DNA of 64,000 nucleotides, from the NCBI GenBank assembly GCA_903884815.1, contig CAISGE010000004.1:5136-69135 (forward strand). The letters are read 5' to 3'. The notes under the pieces were generated by a model. The model did no database searches and was not told where the DNA came from. It was given only the letters and a program-made list of their open reading frames with translations. Source of the DNA: Candidatus Omnitrophota bacterium. Lineage in GTDB: Bacteria > Omnitrophota > Omnitrophia > Omnitrophales > Aquincolibacteriaceae. Each line of letters opens with the position of its first letter. Position 1 is the first letter of the stretch. A program made the translations under genes and the position numbers. Shown one piece after another: positions 44,593 to 54,859 of this stretch.

Positions 44593-46088
44593 GCTACGGC
44601 TTCAGCCAACAGTACTTTTTCCCGGACTTGATCACGGTAGGACAAAATAGGTTTCCGGGCGGCAAGAACATCATCCGGGCGGCGAACGGGAAGCGTGTGC
44701 GGCGCGGTTTTGATCATCTCAGGATCGGCGACGATCTCCTTGGCGATAAGCTTCATGGTGTCGATAAACCGGTCGAGCGTCTCAATCGCCTCGGTTTCGG
44801 TAGGCTCGATCATGAGCGCTTCGGAGACGACAAGCGGAAAATGGACCGTCGGCGCGTGGAATCCGAAATCCAGAAGACGTTTGCCCACATCCCCGGCATG
44901 GACGCCGTAGGCCCCAAAGGATTTGAGTGAGAGAACAAACTCGTGCATGCAAGGTCCGACGGTCGCGACAGTAAATGTGTCTTTGAGTTTTTCTTTCATG
45001 TAATTGGCGTTCAGGATCGCTGCCTCGCTTACTTTGCGGAGCCCCTCTTTCCCAAGCGTCTTCAGATAAGCATAAGCCCGGAGGATCACGCCGATATTTC
45101 CGTGGAACAGCTTCACCCTGCCGATCGATCGCGGGCCGGGAGACACCCACCGGTACCCCTCCTTCGTTTTCGATACAAGCGGGCCAGGAAGGAACGGCAT
45201 GAGATGTTTTTTGACGCCCACGGGTCCGGCCCCGGGACCGCCGCCGCCGTGAGGCGTTGAGAAAGTCTTGTGCAAATTAATGTGAATGATATCAAAGCCC
45301 ATGTCCCCTGGGCGGGCGATCCCGAGCAGCGGATTTAAATTGGCGCCGTCATAATAAAGCAGTCCGCCCTTCTCATGAACCAGCCTCGTGATCTCAAGAA
45401 TATTCTTTTCAAAAAGACCGAGTGTGTTCGGGTTCGTGAGCATGAGACAGGCCACATGCTCATCCAGATGAGATTTAAGATCTTCCATGTCCACGCAGCC
45501 GAGGCTGTTGGACTTGATCTCCACAACATGATAACCAAAAAGAGCCGCGCTCGCGGGATTGGTCCCATGGCTGGAATCCGGTACTAACACCTTCGTACGG
45601 TGGGTTTCCCTGCGCGACGCATGATAGGCGCGCACCAACATCATCCCGGTGAGTTCACCGTGTGCTCCAGCAGCGGGTTGCAATGTAAAGGCATCCATCC
45701 CCGAGATCTCCTTGAGTCCTTCCTCAAGTTCGGAGAGAACCTCCATCGTCCCCTGGGCGGTGGATTCCACTTGAAGCGGATGTAAAGCGGCAAACTTCGC
45801 CTGACGCGCCGCCCACTCATTGATCTTGGGATTGTATTTCATGGTGCAACTGCCGAGCGGATAGAAATGGGTATCAACTGAAAAATTCTTCCGTGAAAGA
45901 TTGATAAAGTGGCGCACAATGTCCGGCTCACTCAGCTCGGGAAATCCAATCGATGTTTGCCGCAATAGGCATTGAGGAATCGTTTCAAGCGGCTTTGCCT
46001 CAGAAAAACGGGACGCGGGCAGACGGACCGCTCTGCGACCGCGTTTACTCTTTTCAAAACTGAGACGGTCATCGAGAGAGATCAGCAT
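44589..46088 (-). CDS. gcvPB: glycine dehydrogenase (decarboxylating) subunit 2
   Basis: PLP-dependent fold with the NLHKTFSTPHGGGGPGAGPVGV box. Confidence 0.9.
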   Translation of the reverse strand: MLISLDDRLSFEKSKRGRRAVRLPASRFSEAKPLETIPQCLLRQTSIGFPELSEPDIVRHFINLSRKNFSVDTHFYPLGSCTMKYNPKINEWAARQAKFAALHPLQVESTAQGTMEVLSELEEGLKEISGMDAFTLQPAAGAHGELTGMMLVRAYHASRRETHRTKVLVPDSSHGTNPASAALFGYHVVEIKSNSLGCVDMEDLKSHLDEHVACLMLTNPNTLGLFEKNILEITRLVHEKGGLLYYDGANLNPLLGIARPGDMGFDIIHINLHKTFSTPHGGGGPGAGPVGVKKHLMPFLPGPLVSKTKEGYRWVSPGPRSIGRVKLFHGNIGVILRAYAYLKTLGKEGLRKVSEAAILNANYMKEKLKDTFTVATVGPCMHEFVLSLKSFGAYGVHAGDVGKRLLDFGFHAPTVHFPLVVSEALMIEPTETEAIETLDRFIDTMKLIAKEIVADPEMIKTAPHTLPVRRPDDVLAARKPILSYRDQVREKVLLAEAVA

Positions 46089-47419
46089 TGGGAAAGAACC
46101 TCCACGAACCGGTCCAGGTCCTCTTTAGACTTCGTTTCAGTAGCGCAGACGAGGAATTGGTCCTTCATCTCGGGATAGAATTTCTCAAGAGAAACGCCGG
46201 GAAAAATTCCCTGCTTCATGCACTTCTCTTCGATTTTCTGAAAAGACTTCTTCGACTTCACCCTAAATTCGTTAAAGACCGTCTGGGCCGTATCGACTTC
46301 GAAATTTTTAATTTTTGAGATTTGAGATCGGAGATACGTCGCCCTGTCCCAGTTGATCTCAGCGATCTCGCGGATACCGGCCTTCCCTAACAATGTCATG
46401 TAGGCGCACGCGGCCAATGCGCAGAGCGCCTGATTGCTGCAAATATTCGAGCCCGCGCGTTCGCGGCGGATATGCTGCTCACGAGCCTGAAGCGTCAGAC
46501 AAAAAGCACGTTTCCCATCGGCATCAGTGGTAAGCCCGGCTAAACGTCCCGGAATACGCCGCATCAGAGCCTTGGAGGCTACAAAATAACCGAGATACGG
46601 CCCGCCAAACTGCATTGCAAGGCCCAAGGGCTGTCCTTCCCCCGCGGCGATATCCGCGCCCCACTCCCCGGGAGACTTAAAAAGTCCAAGCGACAAGGGA
46701 TTGGCTGTCAGGATCATAAGCGAACCATTCGCGTGGATCTGCTCGCTGACACCCTCGAGGTCTTCCACATTGCCAAAGAAGTTAGGCGTCTGAAAGATCA
46801 CACCTGCGACAGTTGCGTCAAGCTTCGCGGCCAGCGCACTCCGGTCAAAATTCCCCTTCACGTCAAAGCCGAGTTCCTCCACCTTGTAAGGTGTCCCCGC
46901 GAGATACGTGCGGATCGTCTCCAAATAATGAGGATGCACAGAACGGCTGATAAGGATCGTCGGGCGATCCGTCTGTTTCAAGGCGACCAGCGCGGCCTCC
47001 GCCAAAGCGGTAGCACCGTCATAATGCGAGGCGTTGGAAACATCAAGGCCTGTAAGCTCGGTCATAAGACTCTGGTACTCATAGATCGCCTGCAGGGTCC
47101 CCTGAGAAGCCTCGGGCTGATAAGGCGTGTAAGCGGTCATAAATTCCTGACGACCGACGATCTCCATCGCGGCGGCGGGGATAAAATGCTCATAGCTTCC
47201 GGCGCCCAGAAAAGAAAGGGCGTCCTGCGTGGTGGTATTCTTGCGGCCCAACTTTGTGATGAGGTCTTGGACTTCGGGTTCGCTTAACGCTGCCGGTAGC
47301 ACTATCTTGGGATCACGCAACGAAAGAGGGATATCCTTGATAAGATCGTCGAAGGAACGGACACCGATCTCCCCGAGTATGGCTTTTCTTTCTTCTTCCG
47401 TGAGCGAGAGGTAAGGCAT
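46082..47419 (-). CDS. gcvPA: glycine dehydrogenase (decarboxylating) subunit 1
   Basis: N-terminal MPYLSLTEEERKAILGEIGV... is typical of GcvPA. Gene order fits. Confidence 0.9.
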   Translation of the reverse strand: MPYLSLTEEERKAILGEIGVRSFDDLIKDIPLSLRDPKIVLPAALSEPEVQDLITKLGRKNTTTQDALSFLGAGSYEHFIPAAAMEIVGRQEFMTAYTPYQPEASQGTLQAIYEYQSLMTELTGLDVSNASHYDGATALAEAALVALKQTDRPTILISRSVHPHYLETIRTYLAGTPYKVEELGFDVKGNFDRSALAAKLDATVAGVIFQTPNFFGNVEDLEGVSEQIHANGSLMILTANPLSLGLFKSPGEWGADIAAGEGQPLGLAMQFGGPYLGYFVASKALMRRIPGRLAGLTTDADGKRAFCLTLQAREQHIRRERAGSNICSNQALCALAACAYMTLLGKAGIREIAEINWDRATYLRSQISKIKNFEVDTAQTVFNEFRVKSKKSFQKIEEKCMKQGIFPGVSLEKFYPEMKDQFLVCATETKSKEDLDRFVEVLSQC

Positions 47420-47431
47420 GAGTTATTTCGC

Positions 47432-47824
47432 TTAGTGTTTCGGGGCTTGCTCAACAGCCTCGAGATACTGGGCGGCCGTCAAAAGACTATTCAACTCAGA
47501 GGCATTGGAAACTTCCAGCTCAAAAAGCCAGCCGTCCGCGTAAGGGCTTTGATTGATCAGCCCGGGATTGGATTCAAGGGCTTTGTTCGCATCCGTGATC
47601 TTCCCCGAAACCGGAGCATAGATATCAAATGCCGCCTTCACGGATTCGACGACTGCGGCGGTCTTGGCCTGCTGGACCGCGGTGCCGAGTTTCGGCAGCT
47701 CCACGAACACAACATCCGAGATCTCCTTTTGAGCATATTCTGTCACGCCAACCTTGGCCTTGGCCCCCTGGACAGAGATCCATTCGTGGGTTTTAGTGTA
47801 ACGCAAATTTTCAGGAAAATTCAT
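47432..47824 (-). CDS. gcvH: glycine cleavage system H protein
   Basis: Lipoyl-lysine box ESVKAAFDIYAPVSG. 130 aa. Confidence 0.9.
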   Translation of the reverse strand: MNFPENLRYTKTHEWISVQGAKAKVGVTEYAQKEISDVVFVELPKLGTAVQQAKTAAVVESVKAAFDIYAPVSGKITDANKALESNPGLINQSPYADGWLFELEVSNASELNSLLTAAQYLEAVEQAPKH

Positions 47825-47954
47825 GATTGCCTCCGTTGAGAATGTCTTAAATTCAAGGAAGAGTGGCGGGCATTTTACTCTTTCCGCCCAAACTTTTCAT
47901 TCTTTTTCATAATGGCAATTTGGGAGGTCCCAATAACCGCTTTGTGACAACAGA

Positions 47955-49055
47955 TCAAGATTGGGATCGTTTATAAAAAGGGAGCGAAACCACGATGGCT
48001 TTCACGGGTTTTTCACGTATCATAACATCGATCGTGTTCCCTGCAATTGCCTCAGCCGTTTTGACATAAGCCATACCAATATTTTTGCCCGTAGTCGGAA
48101 TAAAACTTCCGCTTGTGACTGACCCGATCGTCTTTCCGTTCTTCTGTATCTCGAAACTCTGGCGAGGAATACCGCGCTCGGTCATTTCCAGGCCGATCCG
48201 TTTTTTTTGAACACCCTTCAACTTCTGGTTTTTCAGGATCGTGCTTCCCGGAAATTCATGCTTGGTAAGGTCGATCGCCCATTCGAGAGCCGCCTCAAGG
48301 GGCGTGATCTCATCATTCAATTCGTGACCGTACAGAGGCATCGCCGCTTCAAGTCTCAAGGTATCCCGTGCCCCAAATCCGATCGGAAGAAGTCCATGCT
48401 TCTCCCCTACCCGAAAAAGGATATCCCAAACTTGTTTCAGCTTGGTCTTGGGGATCATGATCTCATAGCCGTCTTCGCCGGTATAACCTGTCCGCGCAAT
48501 GACACCGCCCTCAAAATCCTTGTAATGGAAACGCCGGAGGTCCTTATAAAACGCCCCGAAGCATTCCAGCAGGATCGTCTGACTGAGCGGACCTTGAAGC
48601 GCGAGAAGCCCCATATCCTCACTCATATCCGTTACGGTGACATCCCTTGGAACGCGGGCGTTAAACCAAGCAAAGTCTTTGGCAATATTCCCGGCATTCA
48701 CGATGATCAGAAATTTCTGCTCAGCCATGCGATAGACAATGATGTCATCCACCATTCCACCCTGATCGTTCACAAGGGGCATATAGATGGCCTGGCTGAA
48801 CTTCACGGGGGTGATCCTGCGGGGAAGATTCTTCTCCAGATAGCTCAATGCTCCGGGGCCTTCAACAAGAAACTCGCCCATATGGGAGATGTCGAAGAGG
48901 CCGGCCTTGGTGCGGACCGCGGTATGTTCTTCCATGATGCTCGTGTAGAAAAGAGGGACGAGCCATCCCCCGAAATCACCCATGCGGGCGCCTTTCAGAA
49001 GATGCTCTTCATGAAGAGGAAGTTTAGAAGGTTCGGTCTCTAAGGTCATGGTCAT
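47955..49055 (-). CDS. gcvT: glycine cleavage system T protein (aminomethyltransferase)
   Basis: GARMGDFGGWLVPLFY N-terminus and the overall GcvT pattern. Confidence 0.9.
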   Translation of the reverse strand: MTMTLETEPSKLPLHEEHLLKGARMGDFGGWLVPLFYTSIMEEHTAVRTKAGLFDISHMGEFLVEGPGALSYLEKNLPRRITPVKFSQAIYMPLVNDQGGMVDDIIVYRMAEQKFLIIVNAGNIAKDFAWFNARVPRDVTVTDMSEDMGLLALQGPLSQTILLECFGAFYKDLRRFHYKDFEGGVIARTGYTGEDGYEIMIPKTKLKQVWDILFRVGEKHGLLPIGFGARDTLRLEAAMPLYGHELNDEITPLEAALEWAIDLTKHEFPGSTILKNQKLKGVQKKRIGLEMTERGIPRQSFEIQKNGKTIGSVTSGSFIPTTGKNIGMAYVKTAEAIAGNTIDVMIREKPVKAIVVSLPFYKRSQS

Positions 49056-49212
49056 GGCTTGAAGTTCGGATTGTTGAAAAGGAGGGTGGATTATACCGCA
49101 AAAAAATTGGCGCGCTACTTATTTATGGCCTAAAAAACGCCAAACGGGAAGCGAAAATTCTTCGACGATTAGGCTCGGGAGTAGACTCCACCCGTTTCCC
49201 GTCCCCCGACGC

Positions 49213-50463
49213 CTAGAAGTAATTCGTAAACCAGGCGCGGAGAGAAGCCATGGACTTAGCCACAAGGCCACGTGGGGTGAAGAGAGCCTCCTGGGCCCGC
49301 TTGTAGGTCATGATCCAGCGGAACATCCCGAGCGCGGGCGCCATGGCGGGATCGCGGACCAGCTCCTGCGGAGCTTCAACCTGACGCGAGGTGCCAAGTT
49401 TTCCATCACGCGAAAATTCCTTCTGAACCCACTCTAAAAAACCGTCCGTCGTGACCGCTCCTCCAGTGAAAAGCACATGCGGGTACCGGACCTTCTCGTC
49501 CTGCATAAAAGAGTCCGCGGATTCGAGAATCTTCGTCATCCAGACATGCGAATGTTTGAAGAACTTCTCAAGAAATTCCTTGCGGGGGATCGACTGCTGG
49601 ACCTTGTCATTGCGGGTCACGAGCGGCACCAATTCCTCGCTCTGTTGTTCCCGCACATCAAGCGTCGCGAAGGATTCCTTCACTTTCTCGGCATCCCGTT
49701 CTTCGATATTCCAGTCCTTCGCCAAGCATTGTGTCAGGTAGTGCCCCCCCATCGGAAGCGTCCGCACCCCAGCCAAAAGACCATTCTTCCAGAGAACAAG
49801 TTGCGTCGCGTCGTCGGCAATATCAAGGATCATGACCCCTTCCTGCTTCTCCGCATCACCGAGCACTGCCTCCGACAAAGGAAGGACCTTCGGGAAGTAT
49901 CCTTCCACTTCCAGATCCAGAGTTTCAAAAACCTTGGCAATATTACGGAAGGACTGGAACTCCATCGTGTAAATTTGGAGCGTGACTCCGAGGCGTTCCG
50001 CTTCCAAACCCACGGGATTGCGCACAGCTGGCATGTCATTCACGAGGAACGATTCCGGAATGGCCTGGAGGATGGATTCAGTCAGCGGGAGGGTCGCCAC
50101 ATTGCGCGTCTGCTGGACCACGGACTGTACCTCATGCGAGGTGATCGTCCGCCGCTCCGGCGTATAATATTCGCAACTGGAGAACCGGTACATCTTGAAA
50201 CGGCTATTCCCGAGCACGACATAGACCGGCACCTGTTCCCAGGCTTCCGGAGGAAGAATTTCTTTGAGTAATTTCTCCAGAGAAGAGCTCGCGTTCTGAA
50301 GATTACAAACCAGACCTCTTTCAAAGCCTTCGGGGAAAAGAACTTCTTCATGACGAAGCACCTTGGGATTACTGCTCCCCGTATCCCCCAAGATCACCAT
50401 CAGTTTCCGAGTTCCAAGATAAACCACTACGCATTTATTTTTCAGATCCAACGGAAGGCTCAT
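49213..50463 (-). CDS. ftsA: cell division protein FtsA
   Basis: Actin-like ATPase; VVVYLGTRKLMVILG phosphate-1 region; C-terminal HVLFTGGAVTTDG. Confidence 0.8.
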   Translation of the reverse strand: MSLPLDLKNKCVVVYLGTRKLMVILGDTGSSNPKVLRHEEVLFPEGFERGLVCNLQNASSSLEKLLKEILPPEAWEQVPVYVVLGNSRFKMYRFSSCEYYTPERRTITSHEVQSVVQQTRNVATLPLTESILQAIPESFLVNDMPAVRNPVGLEAERLGVTLQIYTMEFQSFRNIAKVFETLDLEVEGYFPKVLPLSEAVLGDAEKQEGVMILDIADDATQLVLWKNGLLAGVRTLPMGGHYLTQCLAKDWNIEERDAEKVKESFATLDVREQQSEELVPLVTRNDKVQQSIPRKEFLEKFFKHSHVWMTKILESADSFMQDEKVRYPHVLFTGGAVTTDGFLEWVQKEFSRDGKLGTSRQVEAPQELVRDPAMAPALGMFRWIMTYKRAQEALFTPRGLVAKSMASLRAWFTNYF

Positions 50464-51275
50464 GATTTCCTTTTGACCGCAACGCGGTCGTATTGAAGAT
50501 CCATATATTCGATATTCTCACGGGGTTCGGTCTTAAAAAGATAGACCGCCTTGGTCAAAAAAGAAATACGCTCCGAGGCCTTGCGTCCTAATTGAAAATC
50601 GGGCCCCTCCCCCAAGCGAACCGTCACGTTTCCATACGGATCCAGGCTGATGCGCGTCACGGTTTCGTGGCGAGCGAGTTCGTGCCGGCGGAACGCCTTC
50701 ATAAAACGAAGCGCCTCCTCGAAACCTTTGTTTTGAAGCCGGCTCCCGATCCGGGGCTCCTTGAAAGGCTCGCTAAAATCCTCGATTAGGATCCACGCGG
50801 GATCACTCGCGGGACGGCCTTCAATAATAAATCCGTCATCCGCCGTGATGGCGTAAGCACCCCCCGGGCGTAATTGAACATTGGCGATGGGTTTCCGTTT
50901 TCGTATCTCAACACGCACCGTCCCGGGCATCTCGCGGACAACACGAACACTTTGCGCTCCTGGACCCAATTCGATGGTAGAAGCGATCCGATTCAGATCA
51001 AGCGTCAGAATGTTTTTCCCAAGGATCTTTTCCTCAAGCATCCGTATGCTCTGGGGTGAAAGGACGTCAGGAGGGATCACCCGGATCTCCTGGACCTTCA
51101 GCCAGCGATCCTCGCACAACGTTTTCTTAACGACTATCGCGCCATAGCCCAAAAGGCCCAGCACGATCACGACCGGAAGAAGTCTCCAGAGGAACCAAAG
51201 GATCCCGCGATATAAAGATCCGACCCAAGAAAAAATCCCGCCCTTTCTTCCTTTTTTGATCTTCTTTTTACCCAT
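50460..51275 (-). CDS. ftsQ: cell division protein FtsQ (POTRA)
   Basis: N-terminal TM, then POTRA-like beta region. Positioned between ddl and ftsA. Confidence 0.7.
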   Translation of the reverse strand: MGKKKIKKGRKGGIFSWVGSLYRGILWFLWRLLPVVIVLGLLGYGAIVVKKTLCEDRWLKVQEIRVIPPDVLSPQSIRMLEEKILGKNILTLDLNRIASTIELGPGAQSVRVVREMPGTVRVEIRKRKPIANVQLRPGGAYAITADDGFIIEGRPASDPAWILIEDFSEPFKEPRIGSRLQNKGFEEALRFMKAFRRHELARHETVTRISLDPYGNVTVRLGEGPDFQLGRKASERISFLTKAVYLFKTEPRENIEYMDLQYDRVAVKRKS

Positions 51276-51284
51276 AATGTATTA

Positions 51285-52244
51285 TTACATTCCCTTTCGT
51301 TCAAAAGCTTCCTTGAGCACGCGAAGACAGAGCTCCTCGAAACCAATACCCCTGGCTCGTGCCGCTTTGGGTAACAAACTAAATTCTGTAAGCCCGGGAA
51401 TGCTGTTTACTTCCAAGACATACGGCTGATTCTTTGAATCCAGCATCACATCGACCCGGGAAAATCCCTTAAGGCCCAACCCCCGATAAACCCGGTAGGC
51501 GATGGCCTGGATATTCTTGGCAACCTTGGCCGGGATCTTGGCCGGCACTTCATAGGTCGTCATGCCCTTAGTATATTTCGCTTTATAATCGTAAAAAGGC
51601 CGTGACGGTTTCACTTCCACGACGGGAAGTTTGAGATCCCCGAGCAAGCCTGCGGTAAGTTCCCGCCCGACGATACGTCTTTCGATCAAAAGACGCCCGA
51701 ACCGCTGAATCGAGCGCCTTAGTTTTTCGGCCGATCCTTGAAAATCTTCAACTAAGAAAACGCCCTGGCTCGAACCACCGTCAAGTGGCTTGGCAAAATA
51801 GGGCGTTGGAAATGCCGCGCCGGCTTTGCGCCAATTCTTCTTATCGATCACCGCATACTCAGGCGTCGGAATCCCCAGTTTTTCAAAGTAGTGCTTGCTA
51901 ATCGATTTATCAAAACTTTTCCGGCAAGCCACCGCCGGAGACCCCGTAAACCGTATCCTCTGGCGTTCCAGAATTTGCTGGATTGAACCGTCTTCTCCGC
52001 CATTCCCATGGAGCGCGATAAAAAGAATGTCCGCAGCGCGGCACTTCTTAGAAAAAGTCCTACGATCTGCGGGATCGATCGGGAAAGCCCGAACGCCGAC
52101 GCGTTTTAAAGCACGCGTCACGGCACGACCTGAACGAAGGGAAATCCGCCGTTCCGCAGAGAGGCCGCCACGAACAACTCCGACCTTGAGCCTCTCGAGA
52201 AAGGCAAATTCCTTCTTCTTCAAAAGAGATAATGACATAAGCAA
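51285..52244 (-). CDS. ddl: D-alanine--D-alanine ligase
   Basis: VVRGGLSAERRISLRSGRAV N-terminus and an ATP-grasp C-terminus. Confidence 0.9.
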   Translation of the reverse strand: MLMSLSLLKKKEFAFLERLKVGVVRGGLSAERRISLRSGRAVTRALKRVGVRAFPIDPADRRTFSKKCRAADILFIALHGNGGEDGSIQQILERQRIRFTGSPAVACRKSFDKSISKHYFEKLGIPTPEYAVIDKKNWRKAGAAFPTPYFAKPLDGGSSQGVFLVEDFQGSAEKLRRSIQRFGRLLIERRIVGRELTAGLLGDLKLPVVEVKPSRPFYDYKAKYTKGMTTYEVPAKIPAKVAKNIQAIAYRVYRGLGLKGFSRVDVMLDSKNQPYVLEVNSIPGLTEFSLLPKAARARGIGFEELCLRVLKEAFERKGM

Positions 52245-52310
52245 CGTTTCAAAAGTTTCTCATTGAATAAGACAACGTCGTAAGACCGCTGCCCGGATTA
52301 ATAAAAGATG

Positions 52311-53711
52311 CTAAGCCTGAGGACAGGCCTCAAGATGATGGACAAATTCGCCTGCGATGTCGCTGATATCCCCCGCACCCATGAAGATCATGACGCCATC
52401 CTTCAACGGATGCTCCGAAAGATATGGGAGAATCTGATCCTTATGCACGACCGAAACATGCGGATGACCCGTTTTTAGAATTTCCTGATAGACCAGGTCG
52501 ACATTGACACCTTCGGGATTGGCTTCCCCAGCACTGTAAATATCCGTCAACACGACTTCCTCGGCATCATCAAAGGCATGGGCGAAATCCCGGTAAAGAT
52601 TCTTGGTGCGGCTGTAGCGATGGGGCTGAAATATCACACGAACGTATTTTCCGGCTTCATGAAGCGCTGCCAAGACCGCCTTCACTTCGGTGGGATGATG
52701 CGCGTAATCATCCAAAACCAAAAATTGCGGGGTCTTCCCCTTGAGCTCCATGCGGCGACGCGTCCCCCTGAACGTGGCGAGCGCTTCGCGAACCAGATCC
52801 AGATCGAACCCCATATGGAGCAAGATGGATAAGGTTGCGAGGGCGTTTGCGATATTATGACGTCCAGGCACCGCGAGTTTCATGTGAGCGCTGTAGAAGC
52901 CCGATTCATAAAGATCGAACTCCGTGCCAAAAGCCTCAAGGCGGATATTCTGAGCCGAGTAAAAGCATTCTTCGGAGAATCCAAAATTGACGCTGGGGCG
53001 ACCGCTCTCACGCACGAGAAGACTTAGCGCGGGATCATCGCCGTAATAGGCAACAAGCCCTGGATCCTCGACTTGCTCGAGAAACCGTCGAAAAGAATCC
53101 GTCAAATTCTCCCAAGTTCCGTAATGATCGAGATGCTCGGCCTCGAGATTGGTGATAATCGAATAGTTAGGCGCGTAAAGTTCGTGTGAGCTGTCGCTTT
53201 CATCAACCTCGCTGACCCAATAATCGCTGCTGCCGGCCACGATATTCGTATTGTAATTGAGCATGTCACTTCCCACAAAGCAAGTGGGATTGGCCCCGAG
53301 CTGCGAGAGCACGTGAGAAACCATCGCCGAGGTCGTGGTCTTGCCATGGGTTCCCAACACGCCGATGGATGTTTCCGCATGATTTAAAAGCGAAGCCAGC
53401 ACCTCCGCGCGATGATGGACCTTGCGGCCAAGCTTCCGTGCTTCCTTGAGCTCCAGATGCTCTTTGCTGATCGCCGTGGAATAGATAATGAGATCCGCAT
53501 CCCCAAAAGCGACGTTTTTTTGTCCAATATGAACGGGAATCCCCGAACGGCGCAGAGTCACCGTGATAGCAGTCTCTTTATGATCCGAGCCTGAGACAGA
53601 AAGGCCCAGATGCTTCAAGATCCTGGCCAAACCGCTCATGCCGGAACCGCCGATCCCGATCAGATAGGCCGAGCGGCAACCCCGTATCAAATTATCGCTT
53701 ATGATTTTCAT
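52311..53711 (-). CDS. murC: UDP-N-acetylmuramate--L-alanine ligase
   Basis: YLIGIGGSGMSGLARIL Rossmann N-terminus and GTHGKTTTS P-loop. Confidence 0.9.
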   Translation of the reverse strand: MKIISDNLIRGCRSAYLIGIGGSGMSGLARILKHLGLSVSGSDHKETAITVTLRRSGIPVHIGQKNVAFGDADLIIYSTAISKEHLELKEARKLGRKVHHRAEVLASLLNHAETSIGVLGTHGKTTTSAMVSHVLSQLGANPTCFVGSDMLNYNTNIVAGSSDYWVSEVDESDSSHELYAPNYSIITNLEAEHLDHYGTWENLTDSFRRFLEQVEDPGLVAYYGDDPALSLLVRESGRPSVNFGFSEECFYSAQNIRLEAFGTEFDLYESGFYSAHMKLAVPGRHNIANALATLSILLHMGFDLDLVREALATFRGTRRRMELKGKTPQFLVLDDYAHHPTEVKAVLAALHEAGKYVRVIFQPHRYSRTKNLYRDFAHAFDDAEEVVLTDIYSAGEANPEGVNVDLVYQEILKTGHPHVSVVHKDQILPYLSEHPLKDGVMIFMGAGDISDIAGEFVHHLEACPQA

Positions 53712-54858
53712 AGGTCTCGACCAACTTTCTAGCTATTTCAACCAGTTCATCCGTGGCCTTGGGTCTCGCGAGAGTCTTGATCGTCCGCGCAACCCCCTTC
53801 AAGGAATCCGTATTCCGCATATATTCCCGCAAGTGCTCGACGAGCCAATCCTTCGCCGCAGCGTTTTCGTCATGAAAGTGCAACCCGCCCTTCTCCGCAA
53901 AGCTTTCCGCGTTGAATTTTTGATGCCCGCCCGCGTGCGGATAAGGAATCACCAGCGCCGGAACTCCGAACGCGGCCAACTCAAAAAGGGTGTTCGCCCC
54001 CGCCCGGGTAATGGCAAGATCGGTGTTCCGGAAAAGCTCATCCATGGCGTTACAAAAAGGATAAACCGCATTGCGGAACGAGAACTTCTGATACCGCTTA
54101 GACACCCAAATTTCATCCCGCTGCCCCGCAATATGTATTACGGCAATTTTGGATCTTTCTTCATCCGACAATGCACTGATCGCGTCCACCACGATTGAAT
54201 TCAAACCCTGAGCCCCTTGCGACCCGCCAACGACTAAGATCGTAAATAAGCGGCTATGCTTTTCTTCCCGAGACGCTTTCAACGGTTGCAGCATAAAAGA
54301 TCGCAAAGGTAGACCGACCGTGTGGAGCACTTTGGGCTTTTGAAGAAATCGGGTCCCCTCGAAACTTTCGGCCACGACATCCATGTGCGGTAAAAGCCAA
54401 TGCGTCGCTTTCCCTGGAACTTTATTCTGCTCATGAATGAGCGTCGGAATCTTCATCCAATGCGCGGTCATCATCCCCGGATACGACACAAAACTGCCGA
54501 AGCCCACACAAAGGTCCGGCTTGAGCCCTTTCAAAAAAAAGAAGGTCCTCACCACAAGATAAGGAAAAAGAAAGAAAGGCTTTAATGTCTTCCATGAGAA
54601 CCCCGAGGGAAAACCAAATTCCGGGAGGTAGGTGACCGAACCGAAGATCCCCTTCGGCATTTTTTCGACGAGAACTTTAGCCCGAAGACACGTCACAAGA
54701 TCGACTCGGGAATCCGGGAATCGTTTTCGAAATCCCTCACTAAACGACTGCGCGGGGAAAACATGCCCTCCGGTAGGACCGGCATAGACCACAAGACCCA
54801 TGGCCTTCGCCGTATTTTTGCAGCCATTCGTCCGACTCAGATCAGGGGTGTCGTCCAT
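53692..54858 (-). CDS. murG: undecaprenyldiphospho-muramoylpentapeptide beta-N-acetylglucosaminyltransferase
   Basis: AGPTGGHVFPA N-terminal box; GT28 architecture. Confidence 0.9.
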   Translation of the reverse strand: MDDTPDLSRTNGCKNTAKAMGLVVYAGPTGGHVFPAQSFSEGFRKRFPDSRVDLVTCLRAKVLVEKMPKGIFGSVTYLPEFGFPSGFSWKTLKPFFLFPYLVVRTFFFLKGLKPDLCVGFGSFVSYPGMMTAHWMKIPTLIHEQNKVPGKATHWLLPHMDVVAESFEGTRFLQKPKVLHTVGLPLRSFMLQPLKASREEKHSRLFTILVVGGSQGAQGLNSIVVDAISALSDEERSKIAVIHIAGQRDEIWVSKRYQKFSFRNAVYPFCNAMDELFRNTDLAITRAGANTLFELAAFGVPALVIPYPHAGGHQKFNAESFAEKGGLHFHDENAAAKDWLVEHLREYMRNTDSLKGVARTIKTLARPKATDELVEIARKLVETYENHKR

Positions 54859-54859
54859 A

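Noticed and set aside
47825-47954. Hairpins in the gcvH-gcvT spacer
   Set aside because: Only a 6-bp stem (AAGAGT...ACTCTT) with a 12-nt loop. Too weak to report as a feature.
49056-49212. Possible glycine riboswitch in the 157-bp spacer upstream of gcvT
   Set aside because: gcvT operons often carry one. However, the minus-sense sequence lacks the conserved GGAGAG / ACCGAAGGGGCAA / CUCAGGCAAAAGGAC cores. Only short generic hairpins are present.
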